This document shows positions 42,429 to 52,159 of a stretch of 64,000 nt of DNA, piece by piece. Source of the DNA: Microvirga sp. (lineage in GTDB: Bacteria > Pseudomonadota > Alphaproteobacteria > Rhizobiales > Beijerinckiaceae); assembly GCA_036742625.1 (NCBI GenBank), contig DAINQO010000003.1:2478-66477 (forward strand). The letters run 5' to 3'. Each line of letters starts with the position of its first letter. Within the stretch, counting starts at the first letter, position 1. A program made the translations under genes and the position numbers. The notes under the pieces were generated by a model. The model was not told the origin of the DNA. It did no database searches and worked only from the letters and a program-made list of their open reading frames with translations.

Positions 42429-43898
42429 TCAGAAGATCAGCCCCGGGCTCGTCGCCTCGTCGAGCGGCCAGATCGGCCGGTCGACCCTGGTGTAGGGAAT
42501 CTTGCGGTAATCCCGGGTGAGCGGGCCGCCGGACTCGACATAGATCACCTTCTTGGCGATCGGCCCGTACGCCCCCATGAAATGGTTCGTCGACTTCACC
42601 ACCACGAGCCGCCGTGAGCGCGGATCGATGCCGAGATTGGTGAAGAGCTCGAGGCCGAGCGCCTGCGTGCGCTTGGTGATCAGCACCGCCTCGACGCCGC
42701 CGACGCGCACCGCGGCGCAGTCGCCGAGCGGCACCCGCGTCGGGCCGAAGCTCTGCCAGCAGTCGCGGGCAAGCCCCACGACCTCGACAAGGGCATCGAC
42801 CGGCAGCCCGGAGGACGGCGCGGTCTTGCCGCCGAAGCGCAGCGGGAATGTCGTACCCATCCCGGCGTCGAAGCACAGGCGGACCGCGATCGGATCCCAG
42901 ATCGGGCCGAGCGCGGCCTCCTCGACCCTGCGCTCGATCAGGTGACGCAGGATCGCGGTGTTGTCGGACGGCGCGCCGCCGCCGGCGTTGTCCGCCGGCT
43001 CGGCGAGCACCACCGGCCGGCCATCGAACGCCAAGGCTGCGGCGACGCCGTCTTCGACCCCGAAGAATTCCGGCATGGTCTTGCCGCGCATCGAGACGAG
43101 CTCCTCCCCGAGCTGGTTCGCGAGCGCGTCGGCCTTCGCCTTGTCGTTGTCGGTCACGACGAGCACGCGGCTCGTAAGCTCCGGCACGTCGGCATACGGG
43201 AAGCAGTGCACGATCGAGATCGAGAGAATGCCGTCGCGGCCCTCCATCGCCTTGATGCGGTCGACGAAGGCGCGCATCAGCGGCAGCGTCGTCGGATAGC
43301 TGCTGATCTGCCGGCAGTCGTAGAGCGACATCACCGGCTTGATCTTGCCCCGCAGCGTGCCCAGCACGAGCTCGAGCAGGTCCTCGGCGCGCTCGACGAC
43401 GTCGGTGTGCGGAAACTCCTTGTAGCAGACGATGACGTCGGCGAGCCGCACGCGCTTCAAGGTCATGTGGCAGTGCGGGTCGAGCTCGACGCCGATCGTG
43501 CAGCCCGGCCCGACGATCGCGCGCACGCGCTCGATGATGTCGCCTTCGACGTCGTCGTAGCCGTGCGCGATCATCGCGCCGTGCAGGCCGAGGAGCACGC
43601 CGTCGAGCGGCATCGCGGCTTGGAGCTGCGCCAGGATCTCGTCACGCATGAGCTCGTAATCGCGGCCGTTGGTGGTGCCGGCGGGGCTTGCCGCAAAGCA
43701 GCTGCCCTCGATGAGGGTGAAGCCCTCGGCCGCGGCGCTCCGGCGCGCCACGAACAGCGGCGCCGTGCACATCCGCGGCGCATCGTCGGGATGCTCGCCC
43801 GGCCGCAGGAAGACCGCCTCCTCATAGGCCGCAAGACTCGTCGGAAGCGGCGAGAAGGTGTTGGTCTCGGTCGCGAGGGTGGCGGAGAAAAGCCGCAT
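42429..43898 (-). CDS. M81-family metallopeptidase (MlrC / microcystinase C-like)
   Basis: Track ORF 42429..44045 trimmed to ATG 43898 (MRLFSATLATETNTFSPLPT…GVLLGLHGAM…). 20 nt downstream of soxG on the same strand. Confidence 0.85.
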   Translation of the reverse strand: MRLFSATLATETNTFSPLPTSLAAYEEAVFLRPGEHPDDAPRMCTAPLFVARRSAAAEGFTLIEGSCFAASPAGTTNGRDYELMRDEILAQLQAAMPLDGVLLGLHGAMIAHGYDDVEGDIIERVRAIVGPGCTIGVELDPHCHMTLKRVRLADVIVCYKEFPHTDVVERAEDLLELVLGTLRGKIKPVMSLYDCRQISSYPTTLPLMRAFVDRIKAMEGRDGILSISIVHCFPYADVPELTSRVLVVTDNDKAKADALANQLGEELVSMRGKTMPEFFGVEDGVAAALAFDGRPVVLAEPADNAGGGAPSDNTAILRHLIERRVEEAALGPIWDPIAVRLCFDAGMGTTFPLRFGGKTAPSSGLPVDALVEVVGLARDCWQSFGPTRVPLGDCAAVRVGGVEAVLITKRTQALGLELFTNLGIDPRSRRLVVVKSTNHFMGAYGPIAKKVIYVESGGPLTRDYRKIPYTRVDRPIWPLDEATSPGLIF

Positions 43899-43918
43899 GC
43901 GGAACTCCTTTGCGAATG

Positions 43919-44542
43919 TCAGGGTGCCTCGCCGGCGACGGCAAGCCCGAACTCCGCCGCGGAGGCGGAGAGCCATGTCCAGAAGCTCTTCGCCATGCTG
44001 CGCGGAACCGCAAGCTCGTAGATCGGCGCGTCGTCGAGCTGCCACAGCTGCACGCCGACATGCGCGATCGCGGTCACGGCCGTGTCGCCGGGCCCGAAAG
44101 CGCGCGGATGCAGGTCGAGCGGGCAGCCCTTCGCCAGCGCCGCACGGGCGCGCGGCCCGCCGATGCGCAGCACCGCCCGGCCGTCGCTCTGGTCCGCGAC
44201 CGACGCCAGGCCGGCGAGCTCCTCGGCAAGGCGGCGGGCGATGCCCCAGTCATGGGAAACCGCGAGCCACTGCTCCGGCCCGGCCCAGACGAGGGACAAG
44301 GCGCCGCCGCTCGCGACGACCGGGCGGGCCGGCAGGTCGATGCCATAGGAGGTCGACAGCAGCCGCGCGAGCTCCGCAAGCGCGCCGTTCCGCGCGATCA
44401 CAGTTGCGAGCCCGAGATGGTCGCGGGGGCTCGCCGTCACGCCGGGCGGCCCGACCGCGCAGCCGGTGCGCCCGGCCGGCAGGAGGCCGGCCCAGGCGCT
44501 TTGCCGCGGCCACCCGGCCGTCGATGCGGGCGGCTCAGCCAC
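43919..44542 (-). CDS. soxG: Heterotetrameric sarcosine oxidase, gamma subunit
   Basis: 207 aa. Position after soxA, with typical sequence (…VLRIGGPRARAALAKGCPLDLHPRAF…). Confidence 0.85.
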   Translation of the reverse strand: MAEPPASTAGWPRQSAWAGLLPAGRTGCAVGPPGVTASPRDHLGLATVIARNGALAELARLLSTSYGIDLPARPVVASGGALSLVWAGPEQWLAVSHDWGIARRLAEELAGLASVADQSDGRAVLRIGGPRARAALAKGCPLDLHPRAFGPGDTAVTAIAHVGVQLWQLDDAPIYELAVPRSMAKSFWTWLSASAAEFGLAVAGEAP

Positions 44543-47525
44543 GGAACCGCTCTCCCGCCGCGTCGACGAAGGACGGGCTGCAAATCTCGACCGCGACGTC
44601 GCCGCCGCGCACAGGGTCGAACGCCCGCACGCGCTCGCCCACCCGTTCCGGCCCGCGGCGGAGAAGGCCGAGGCCGATCCAATACCCGAGCGTCGGCGAG
44701 AACGCGACCGAGGTCATGTGGCCCTCGTCGTATTCGGCCGCCGCCGGCGCGCCGAGCGGCACGAAATGGGCGCCGGCGCGCAGCCGCTCGGCGCGGTCGA
44801 CCGGCTTGAAGCCCGCCAGCATCGGACGGTCGGGGTCGAGAAGCGCCGGGCGCTCGGCCATCGCACGGCCGATGAAGTCCTTCTTCGTCGACATCATGCG
44901 TTGAAGGCCGAGGTCGCGCGCCGTGGTCTGGCCGTTGAGCTCGGCTCCGGCGACGTGCCCCTTCTCGATCCGCAGCACCGACAGCGCCTCGGTGCCGTAG
45001 GGCGCGATGCCGAACGGGGCGCCCGCCGCCATGAGGGCGCGGATCGCGGCCTCGCCATAGGCCGCCGGCACCGCGAGCTCATAGGCGAGCTCGCCCGAGA
45101 ACGAGATCCGGAACAGCCGCGCCGGGATGCCGCCGCCGACGCTGACGGCACCGGCCGCGAGGTGCGGGAAGGCGTCGTTCGAGAGGTCGTGCGCCGAATC
45201 GACGACGGCCCGCAGCACGTCGCGCGAGCGCGGGCCGGCGATCGAGAACTGCGCCCATTGTTCGCTGACCGAGACCATCGCGAGGTCGAGCTCGGGCCAC
45301 AGAACCTGATGACAGAACTCGAGATGCTGCATCACTTTCGCGGCGTTCGCGGTCGTCGTGGTCATGAGGAAATGCGCCTCGCCGAGGCGCGAGGTGGTGC
45401 CGTCGTCCATGACGAAGCCGTCCTCGCGCAGCATCAGCCCGTAGCGGGCGCGCCCGACGGCGAGCGATTTCCAGCCGTTGACGTAGACGCGCTCCAGGAA
45501 CTCGGCCGCGTCGGCGCCCTGGATATCGATCTTGCCGAGCGTCGACACGTCGCAGACGCCGACGGCGGCGCGCACCGTCGCGACCTCGCGGTTCACGGTC
45601 GAAAGCCAGTCGCGCTCGCCCGCGTGGGGAAAATACTGCGCCCGCAGCCAGGCGCCGGCTTCGACGAAGACCGCGACCTGCTCGTCCGCCCATGCGTGAG
45701 CCGGGGTGAGGCGCGTCGGCCGGAACTCCCTGCCGCGATGATGCCCGGCGAGCGCGCCGATCGCCACCGGCGTGTAGGGCGGACGAAAGACCGTCGTGCC
45801 GACCTCCGGGATCGTCGTTCCGGTGAGCGCCGCCATCATCGCGAGGCCCGGCAGGTTCGAGGTCTTGCCCTGGTCGGTCGCCATGCCGAGGGTGGTGTAG
45901 CGCTTCAGGTGCTCGACCGGGCGGAAGCCCTCGCGATGGGCGAGCGTCACGTCGGCCGCGGTGACGTCGTTCTGGAGGTCGACGAACGCCTTGCCGGGTT
46001 TGACCGGCGCCTTCCAGAGCGGCGCCGATGTGCTCTGCTCCGGCGCCGCCGAAAGCGCGGGCGCCGGCGGCGCCTCGAAGCCGCAGGCGGCCGCCGCCTC
46101 GCCGCCGAGGCGCGCCCCGTCCGCAAGCGCGTCGGCGAGCGTGAGCCGGCCCGAGGCCGCGCCGGCGACCGCCATGCCGGGCGGCAGCGCGCTCGGCACG
46201 AAAGCCGCGATCGTCTCGTCCCAGGCCGGCTTGCCGCCGAGATGGCAGGTGAGGTGGACGGTCGGGTTCCAGCCGTTGGACATGGCGAGGAGGTCGCAGG
46301 CGATGCGCTCGACGCGTCCGGCCGCGTCGCGCACCGCGACGGCCGCGAGCGACCGGAAGCCCCGCGTTCCGACGACTTCGGCGCCGAGCATGACGCGCGC
46401 GCCCTTTGCCTGCGCCGCCACGGCCTCGTCGACGGCGGCGCGGGACTCGACCACGGCCGCAACCTCGACGCCGGCGCGGGCGAGATGGGTGACCGTGCGC
46501 CAAGCGTCGTCGCCGCTCGTGCAGACGACCGCGCGGCGCCCCGGCGCGACGGCGAAGCGGTTGAGATAGGTGCGAACGGCGCCGGCGAGCATCACCCCGG
46601 GACGGTCGTTGCCGGCGAACACCATCGGCCGCTCGATCGCGCCCGCGGCCACGACCGTGCGCTTCGCGACGATGCGCCAGGCGCGCTGGCGCGGCTCATG
46701 CTCGGGCGGCGCCGCGAGATGGTCCGAGACGCGCTCGACCGCGCCGTAGGTGCCGTGGTCATAGGCGCCGAACACGCTCGTGCGGCGCATGACCCGCACC
46801 TCCGGCAGGCTCTCGAGCTCGGCGACGGCGCGCGCTGCCCAGGCGTGTCCCTCAACGCCCTCGATCTCCTGCCGCTCCGAGAGGAGGCGGCCACCGAGCG
46901 CGAAATCTTCCTCGCACAGGATGACGCGAGCGCCGGCGCGACCGGCCGCGAGCGCCGCCGACAGCCCGGCCGGGCCTGAGCCGATCACCAGCACGTCGCA
47001 GAAGGCGAAGGCTTTCTCGTAATGATCCGGGTCGTCGGCGGCGGCGGCGCGGCCGAGCCCGGCGGCGCGGCGGATCAGCGGCTCGTAGAGCTTCTCCCAC
47101 AGGGAAGGCGGCCACATGAAGGTCTTGTAGTAGAAGCCGGCCTTGATGAACGGCGCGAACCAGGAATTGACGGCTGAGAGGTCGAAGGCGAGCGAGGGCC
47201 AGCGGTTCTGGCTTAGCGCCTCGAGGCCGTCATAGAGCTCGATCCCGGTCGCGCGCGTGTTCGGCTCGCGCCGGGCGCCGGCGCGCAGCTCGACGAGCGC
47301 GTTCGGCTCCTCGGGACCGGCCGAGAGGATGCCGCGCGGGCGGTGATACTTGAAAGAGCGCCCGACGAGGCGCACGCCGTTGGCAAGAAGCGCCGAGGCG
47401 AGCGTATCGCCGGCGAAGCCGGTCATGACGCGGCCGTCGAAGGAAAAGCGCAGCGGCCGCGCGCGATCGACGAGCCCGTCAGAGGTGAGCCGGTGCGTTT
47501 TCTCGGGCGGGTCGGCGCCCATCAC
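44535..47525 (-). CDS. soxA: Heterotetrameric sarcosine oxidase, alpha subunit
   Basis: 996 aa: …FSFDGRVMTGFAGDTLASALLANGVRLVGRSFKYHRPRGI… C-terminal GcvT-like folate domain. Confidence 0.95.
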   Translation of the reverse strand: MMGADPPEKTHRLTSDGLVDRARPLRFSFDGRVMTGFAGDTLASALLANGVRLVGRSFKYHRPRGILSAGPEEPNALVELRAGARREPNTRATGIELYDGLEALSQNRWPSLAFDLSAVNSWFAPFIKAGFYYKTFMWPPSLWEKLYEPLIRRAAGLGRAAAADDPDHYEKAFAFCDVLVIGSGPAGLSAALAAGRAGARVILCEEDFALGGRLLSERQEIEGVEGHAWAARAVAELESLPEVRVMRRTSVFGAYDHGTYGAVERVSDHLAAPPEHEPRQRAWRIVAKRTVVAAGAIERPMVFAGNDRPGVMLAGAVRTYLNRFAVAPGRRAVVCTSGDDAWRTVTHLARAGVEVAAVVESRAAVDEAVAAQAKGARVMLGAEVVGTRGFRSLAAVAVRDAAGRVERIACDLLAMSNGWNPTVHLTCHLGGKPAWDETIAAFVPSALPPGMAVAGAASGRLTLADALADGARLGGEAAAACGFEAPPAPALSAAPEQSTSAPLWKAPVKPGKAFVDLQNDVTAADVTLAHREGFRPVEHLKRYTTLGMATDQGKTSNLPGLAMMAALTGTTIPEVGTTVFRPPYTPVAIGALAGHHRGREFRPTRLTPAHAWADEQVAVFVEAGAWLRAQYFPHAGERDWLSTVNREVATVRAAVGVCDVSTLGKIDIQGADAAEFLERVYVNGWKSLAVGRARYGLMLREDGFVMDDGTTSRLGEAHFLMTTTTANAAKVMQHLEFCHQVLWPELDLAMVSVSEQWAQFSIAGPRSRDVLRAVVDSAHDLSNDAFPHLAAGAVSVGGGIPARLFRISFSGELAYELAVPAAYGEAAIRALMAAGAPFGIAPYGTEALSVLRIEKGHVAGAELNGQTTARDLGLQRMMSTKKDFIGRAMAERPALLDPDRPMLAGFKPVDRAERLRAGAHFVPLGAPAAAEYDEGHMTSVAFSPTLGYWIGLGLLRRGPERVGERVRAFDPVRGGDVAVEICSPSFVDAAGERFRG

Positions 47526-47818
47526 CCGGCCTTCGCAGTAGTGCGCGATCTTCGGGCCAGCCTCGTGTTCCGCGCCGGCTCGGCGCGCTCGATCGCGTGC
47601 GTGCGCGTGTCGCGCGTCACGATAAGCCAGGCATGGCAGCCGGCGGCGTGATACCAGAGCTCGCGATGCGGGCCGGCCGGGTTGTCGCGCCGATAGACGT
47701 AATCGTGCATCGCCTCCGCGGAAGCCTGCGCTTCGTCACGGCGCATGAGCGAGGCGTCGCCGAGATACGAGAACTCCTGGACGTCGCGCTCGCCGCAGTG
47801 GGGGCAGGGGATCCGCAT
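47522..47818 (-). CDS. soxD: Heterotetrameric sarcosine oxidase, delta subunit
   Basis: C-terminal 98 codons of track ORF 47522..49012: MRIPCPHCGERDVQEFSYLGDA…WYHAAGCHAWL. Confidence 0.9.
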   Translation of the reverse strand: MRIPCPHCGERDVQEFSYLGDASLMRRDEAQASAEAMHDYVYRRDNPAGPHRELWYHAAGCHAWLIVTRDTRTHAIERAEPARNTRLARRSRTTAKAG

Positions 47819-47826
47819 CGCGCGCT

Positions 47827-49077
47827 TCAGTGCAGGTTCGGCTGGGCGCCCGCGCCCTTCTCGTCGATGACGGCGCCGGTCGCGAAGCGGTCGAGCCGAA
47901 AAGACCCGGCGACGGGATGCGGCGCACCCGTGGCGATGAGATGCGCGAAGCACCAGCCCGATGCCGGCGTCGCCTTGAAGCCGCCGTAGCACCAGCCGGC
48001 ATTGAGATAGAGGCCGTCGACGGGCGTGCGGTCGATGATGGGCGAGCCGTCCATCGACATGTCCATGAGCCCGCCCCAGTGGCGCAGCACGCGCAAGCGT
48101 CCGAGCCCGGGCCAGACCGCCATGGCGCATTCCATCACGTCCTCGATGATGGGGAGGTTGCCGCGCCAGGCGTAGGAGTTGTAGCCGTCGATGTCGCCGC
48201 CGAAGACGAGCCCGCCCTTGTCGGACTGGCTGATGTAGAAATGGCCGGCCCCGAAGGTCACGACGGTGTCGATCACGGGCTTCACCGCCTCCGAGACGAA
48301 GGCCTGCAGGACGTGGCTCTCGATCGGCAGCCGCATGCCGGCGAGCGCCGCGACGCGCGAGGAGTTGCCGGCGACCGCCATGCCGACCTTGCCGGCCCGG
48401 ATCGGCCCGCGCGTCGTCTCGACGCCGACGACGCGCCCGCCGTCGATCGAAAGCCCGGTCACCTCGCAGTTCTGGATGAGATCGACGCCGCGCCGGTCGG
48501 CGGCGCGGGCATAGCCCCAGGCGACGGCGTCGTGCCGCACCGTGCCGCCGCGGCGCTGCAGGAGCCCGCCGCGGATCGGGAAGCGGCCGTTGTCGAAATC
48601 GAGGAAGGGCGCCATCGCCCGCACCTCGTCGCGGTCGAGAAGCTCGGCGTCGACGCCGTGCAGGCGCATGGCATTGCCGCGCCGGGCGAAGGCGTCGCGC
48701 TGGGCGTCCGAGTGATAGAGGTTGAGGACGCCGCGCTGGCTCACCATGGCGTTGTAGTTGATGTCCTGCTCGAGCCCCTCCCACAGCTTCATCGACCACT
48801 CGTAGAACGGCACGTTGCCGGGCAGGAGGTAGTTCGAGCGGACGATGGTGGTGTTGCGCCCGACATTGCCGGAGCCGAGATAGCCCTTCTCCAGCACCGC
48901 GACATTGGCGATGCCGTGCTCCTTCGCCAGGTAATAGGCGGTCGCGAGCCCATGCCCGCCGCCGCCGATGATGACGGCGTCGTAGGACGGCTTCGGCGCC
49001 GGATCGCGCCACACCGGCGCCCAGTGCCGGTTTCCCCGCAGCGCCTCCCGGACGATGGCGAACGCCGAATAGCGCAT
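47827..49077 (-). CDS. soxB: Heterotetrameric sarcosine oxidase, beta subunit
   Basis: 416 aa: …SYDAVIIGGGGHGLATAYYLAKEHGI…GSGNVGRNTTIVRSNY…. Confidence 0.95.
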   Translation of the reverse strand: MRYSAFAIVREALRGNRHWAPVWRDPAPKPSYDAVIIGGGGHGLATAYYLAKEHGIANVAVLEKGYLGSGNVGRNTTIVRSNYLLPGNVPFYEWSMKLWEGLEQDINYNAMVSQRGVLNLYHSDAQRDAFARRGNAMRLHGVDAELLDRDEVRAMAPFLDFDNGRFPIRGGLLQRRGGTVRHDAVAWGYARAADRRGVDLIQNCEVTGLSIDGGRVVGVETTRGPIRAGKVGMAVAGNSSRVAALAGMRLPIESHVLQAFVSEAVKPVIDTVVTFGAGHFYISQSDKGGLVFGGDIDGYNSYAWRGNLPIIEDVMECAMAVWPGLGRLRVLRHWGGLMDMSMDGSPIIDRTPVDGLYLNAGWCYGGFKATPASGWCFAHLIATGAPHPVAGSFRLDRFATGAVIDEKGAGAQPNLH

Positions 49078-49142
49078 GGGAGTGGTCGGCTCACCGAGGT
49101 TGCGGCACCGGCCTTGACCGGCGCGCCGAGCGTGTCGAGGCT

Positions 49143-49241
49143 AGAGCGGGATGACTTCTCTTCGAGTCGCCATCCCGCTCTACCTGTTTGTTTGAGCATG
49201 ATCTTTTCCGAAAACCGGTCGCCACTTTTCGGGATCATGCT
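49143..49241. repeat. Double-hairpin REP-like element (family C)
   Basis: Two hairpins: agagcgggatg…catcccgctct (49143-49181) and agcatgatc…ccgaaaa…ttttcgg…gatcatgct (49195-49241). Lies in the divergent soxB/regulator region. Confidence 0.8.
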
Positions 49242-49337
49242 TTAGCAGTCGCCGAACGAGGATCGGATTTCACGCCCCGGAGCGACACGCGCTTGCCAGC
49301 CGACGACATCACCCGCCGCCGCGCGGTTCAGAAGGCG

Positions 49338-50408
49338 GTGCCGACGATCGGCATCCTGCTGGTGCCGGGCTTTTCGCTGATGGCCTATGCCTCCGCCGTC
49401 GAGCCGCTGCGCGCCGCGAACCGGCTCGCCTACCGGGAGCTCTATGGCTGGCGGCACTTCTCGATCGACGGCGAGCCCGTGCAGGCTTCGAACGGCGCCA
49501 CGATTCTCTGCGAGCACCGTATCGGCGACAAGGTGAAGCTCGACCTCCTCCTCGTCTGCGCCGGCGGCAACCCGGCGCTGTTCGAGGACGAGGCGACGCT
49601 GACCTGGCTCCGCGCGCTAGCGCGGGCCGGGGTCAGGATCGGTGGCGTCTCGGGCGGACCTTACCTCCTCGCCCGCGCCGGGCTTCTCGCCGGCTACCGC
49701 TTCACCCTCCATTGGGAGCACATTCCGGCGCTCGCCGAGGAGTTCCCGGACCTTGCCGTCTCGAACACCTTGTATGAGATCGACCGCGAGCGGCTGACCT
49801 GCGCCGGCGGCATCGCGGCGCTCGACATGATGCATGCGCTGATCGAGGCCGACCACGGCCACCGCCTCGCTTCCGCGGTAAGCGACTGGTTCCTGCATTC
49901 GCAGGTGCGGCTCGGCAGCGGGCCGCAGCGAATGACCCTGCGCGAGCGCTTCGGCGTGACGCATCCGCGCCTCCTGCGGGTGCTCGAGCGCATGGAGGGC
50001 GCGATCGAGGAGCCCGCCTCGCGCACGGCGCTCGCCGATCTCGCCGGCATCTCGCCGCGCCAGCTCGAGCGGCTCTTCCAGGCCCATCTCGGCTTGACGA
50101 TCGGCGAGCATTACCTGCGCGTGCGGCTCGACCGGGCGCAGGCGCTCCTGCGCCAGACGACGATGCCGGTGCTCGACGTCGCGGTCGCCTGCGGCTTCGT
50201 CAGCGCGAGCCATTTCTCGCGCAGCTACCGGGCGCGCTTCGGCTTTTCGCCGCGCGCCGAGCGGTTGGGACGCGCCGCGGGCTCGGTCGCGCTCTCGGCG
50301 AGAGCCGCGCCAAGTCACAAGGGTGTCGCCTGCGGGCAAAAACCCCGGCATGATGCCGGCGATGATCCGGCGCCAGGCAAGAAGGCCGGCAGGGGAGGTT
50401 CACGATGA
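49338..50408 (+). CDS. GlxA-family (DJ-1/PfpI domain + AraC HTH) transcriptional regulator, GbdR/SouR-like
   Basis: Track ORF 49188..50408. Its first 50 codons read through the REP element, so I propose GTG 49338 (VPTIGILLVPGFSLMAYASAVEPLRAAN…) as the start. C-terminal AraC HTH (…VACGFVSASHFSRSYRARFGFSP). The start is uncertain. Confidence 0.8.
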   Translation: MPTIGILLVPGFSLMAYASAVEPLRAANRLAYRELYGWRHFSIDGEPVQASNGATILCEHRIGDKVKLDLLLVCAGGNPALFEDEATLTWLRALARAGVRIGGVSGGPYLLARAGLLAGYRFTLHWEHIPALAEEFPDLAVSNTLYEIDRERLTCAGGIAALDMMHALIEADHGHRLASAVSDWFLHSQVRLGSGPQRMTLRERFGVTHPRLLRVLERMEGAIEEPASRTALADLAGISPRQLERLFQAHLGLTIGEHYLRVRLDRAQALLRQTTMPVLDVAVACGFVSASHFSRSYRARFGFSPRAERLGRAAGSVALSARAAPSHKGVACGQKPRHDAGDDPAPGKKAGRGGSR

Positions 50409-51226
50409 AACGCGCGATCACGATGCTGGCCGGGCTTGCGGCGCTCGCCGCCGCGCTGCCGGCGGCGGCGCAGGACACCGTCGCCAAGGTGAAGCAGGCC
50501 GGCGTCATCGTCGTCGGCGTGAAGCAGGACTACAAGCCCTGGGGCTATCTCGACCCGACCGGCAAGATCGTCGGCTTCGAGATCGATCTCGCGAACGATG
50601 TCGCCCAGCGTCTCGGCGTCAAGACCGAGCTCGTGCCGGTCACCGCGGTGACCCGGATGGAGTTCCTGAAGAACGGCCGCCTCGATCTGGTCATCGCGAC
50701 CATGGGCGACACCCCGGAGCGGCGCAAGGTCATCGGCATGGTCGAGCCGAACTACTACGCCGGCGCCACGAACGTCATGGCGCCGAAATCGGCGGCGCTC
50801 AAGGAATGGAGCGACCTCAAGGGCAAGAAGGTCTGCGCCGTGCAAGGCGCCTACTACAACCGCCGCGTCTCGCAGCTCTATGGGCCCGAGCTCGTGGTCT
50901 TCCCGGCGGTCCCTGAGGCGTTCAGCGCGCTCCAGGCCGGCAACTGCGTCGCCTTCCTCTTCGACGACACGCTGTTCATCTCGACGCTGTCGGCCGGCGA
51001 CCCGAAATGGGCGAACTTCGAGATGCCGCTGAAGAGCGAGGACCCGCAGCCCTGGGCGATCGGCATCCGCCTCGAGGACATGGAAGGGCCTCTCGGCAAG
51101 CTCATGAAGGAGATCAGCACCGAGTGGCACCGCAAGGGCACGCTGATCGAGCTCGAGAAGAAGTGGGGCATGAAGCCGAGCCCGTTCCTGCAGGAGATGC
51201 ACGACAAGCTGAAGGGCTCGAGCTGA
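50405..51226 (+). CDS. Amino-acid ABC transporter substrate-binding protein (family 3)
   Basis: 273 aa. Signal peptide MKRAITMLAGLAALAAALPAAAQ. …GFEIDLANDVAQRLGVK…. Confidence 0.85.
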   Translation: MKRAITMLAGLAALAAALPAAAQDTVAKVKQAGVIVVGVKQDYKPWGYLDPTGKIVGFEIDLANDVAQRLGVKTELVPVTAVTRMEFLKNGRLDLVIATMGDTPERRKVIGMVEPNYYAGATNVMAPKSAALKEWSDLKGKKVCAVQGAYYNRRVSQLYGPELVVFPAVPEAFSALQAGNCVAFLFDDTLFISTLSAGDPKWANFEMPLKSEDPQPWAIGIRLEDMEGPLGKLMKEISTEWHRKGTLIELEKKWGMKPSPFLQEMHDKLKGSS

Positions 51227-51257
51227 GACAGTTCGCTCGTAACCACGCCCCAAACCT

Positions 51258-51407
51258 CCTCATGCTGAGGTGCGAGCCGAAGGCGAGCCTCGAAGCACGC
51301 ACCGGCGGCGGGGCGCGGTCGAGGCAGCGTACGTCCTTCGAGGCTCGCGGAGCCTGTCCTCGGGCCGGCCGAAGGCCGGACCCGGGGGCTCGCACCTCAG
51401 GATGAGG
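51258..51407. repeat. Palindromic REP/MITE-like element, family A, copy 2
   Basis: cctcatgctgagg…gcctcgaagcacgcac / …ccttcgaggctcg…nested cgggccggcc-gaa-ggccggaccc…cacctcaggatgagg. Lies between the binding-protein and permease genes. Confidence 0.85.
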
Positions 51408-51421
51408 ACGGCGGAGGGCGG

Positions 51422-52159
51422 GTGTCGATGGCCGTTGCCGAGTTCTTCCGCTGGCTCAACGACGCCCACGGGCTGAACTTCTCGATCTTCTACGACGCCT
51501 ACGACCGCGATCGCTTCCTCCTCGGTCTGTGGACGACCCTCTACATCTCGGTGTTCTGCATCGTCCTGAGCATCATCATCGGCATGTTCGGCGCCTGGCT
51601 GCAGGGGGTGCGCTCGGGCGTCATCCGCGCCGTGGTGCAGGGCTATGTCCAGCTCTTCCGCAACACGCCGCCGCTAGTCCAGCTGCTGTTTTTCTACTTC
51701 GGCGTCGGCACCGCCCTCGGCTCGTTCACCGGCGGCGGCTCGTTTCTCTCCGGCGTCGGCTGGGCGATCGTCTCCTTCTCGCTGTTTGCCGGCGCCTTCA
51801 ACGTCGAGATCTTCCGCTCCGGAATCGAGGCCGTGCCGGCGACGACGCGCGAAGCTGCGGAGGCGCTCGGCTATTCGCGGCTTGCCACGTATCGGCACGT
51901 CGTGATGCCGCTCGCGCTTCGCATCGCGCTGCCGGCGCTCGGCAACAACCTCGTCAACCTCGTCAAGACGACGACGCTCGCCTACGCGATCGCAGTACCG
52001 GAGCTGCTCTACGCCTCGGCCCAGATCTGGTCCGAGGTCCTGAACGTGCGCGAGATGATGAACGTGCTTCTCGTCTCCTACATCCTCTACGTCGCGGCGC
52101 TGGTGTTTGCGCTCGGCCGCCTCGAGCGCGCGCTGCGCATCCCGGGCTACACGCCGTGA
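51422..52159 (+). CDS. Amino-acid ABC transporter permease (His/Glu/Gln/Arg/opine family)
   Basis: 245 aa (GTG 51422 or ATG 51428). …FRNTPPLVQLLFFYFG…EAAEALGYS…. Confidence 0.85.
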   Translation: MSMAVAEFFRWLNDAHGLNFSIFYDAYDRDRFLLGLWTTLYISVFCIVLSIIIGMFGAWLQGVRSGVIRAVVQGYVQLFRNTPPLVQLLFFYFGVGTALGSFTGGGSFLSGVGWAIVSFSLFAGAFNVEIFRSGIEAVPATTREAAEALGYSRLATYRHVVMPLALRIALPALGNNLVNLVKTTTLAYAIAVPELLYASAQIWSEVLNVREMMNVLLVSYILYVAALVFALGRLERALRIPGYTP

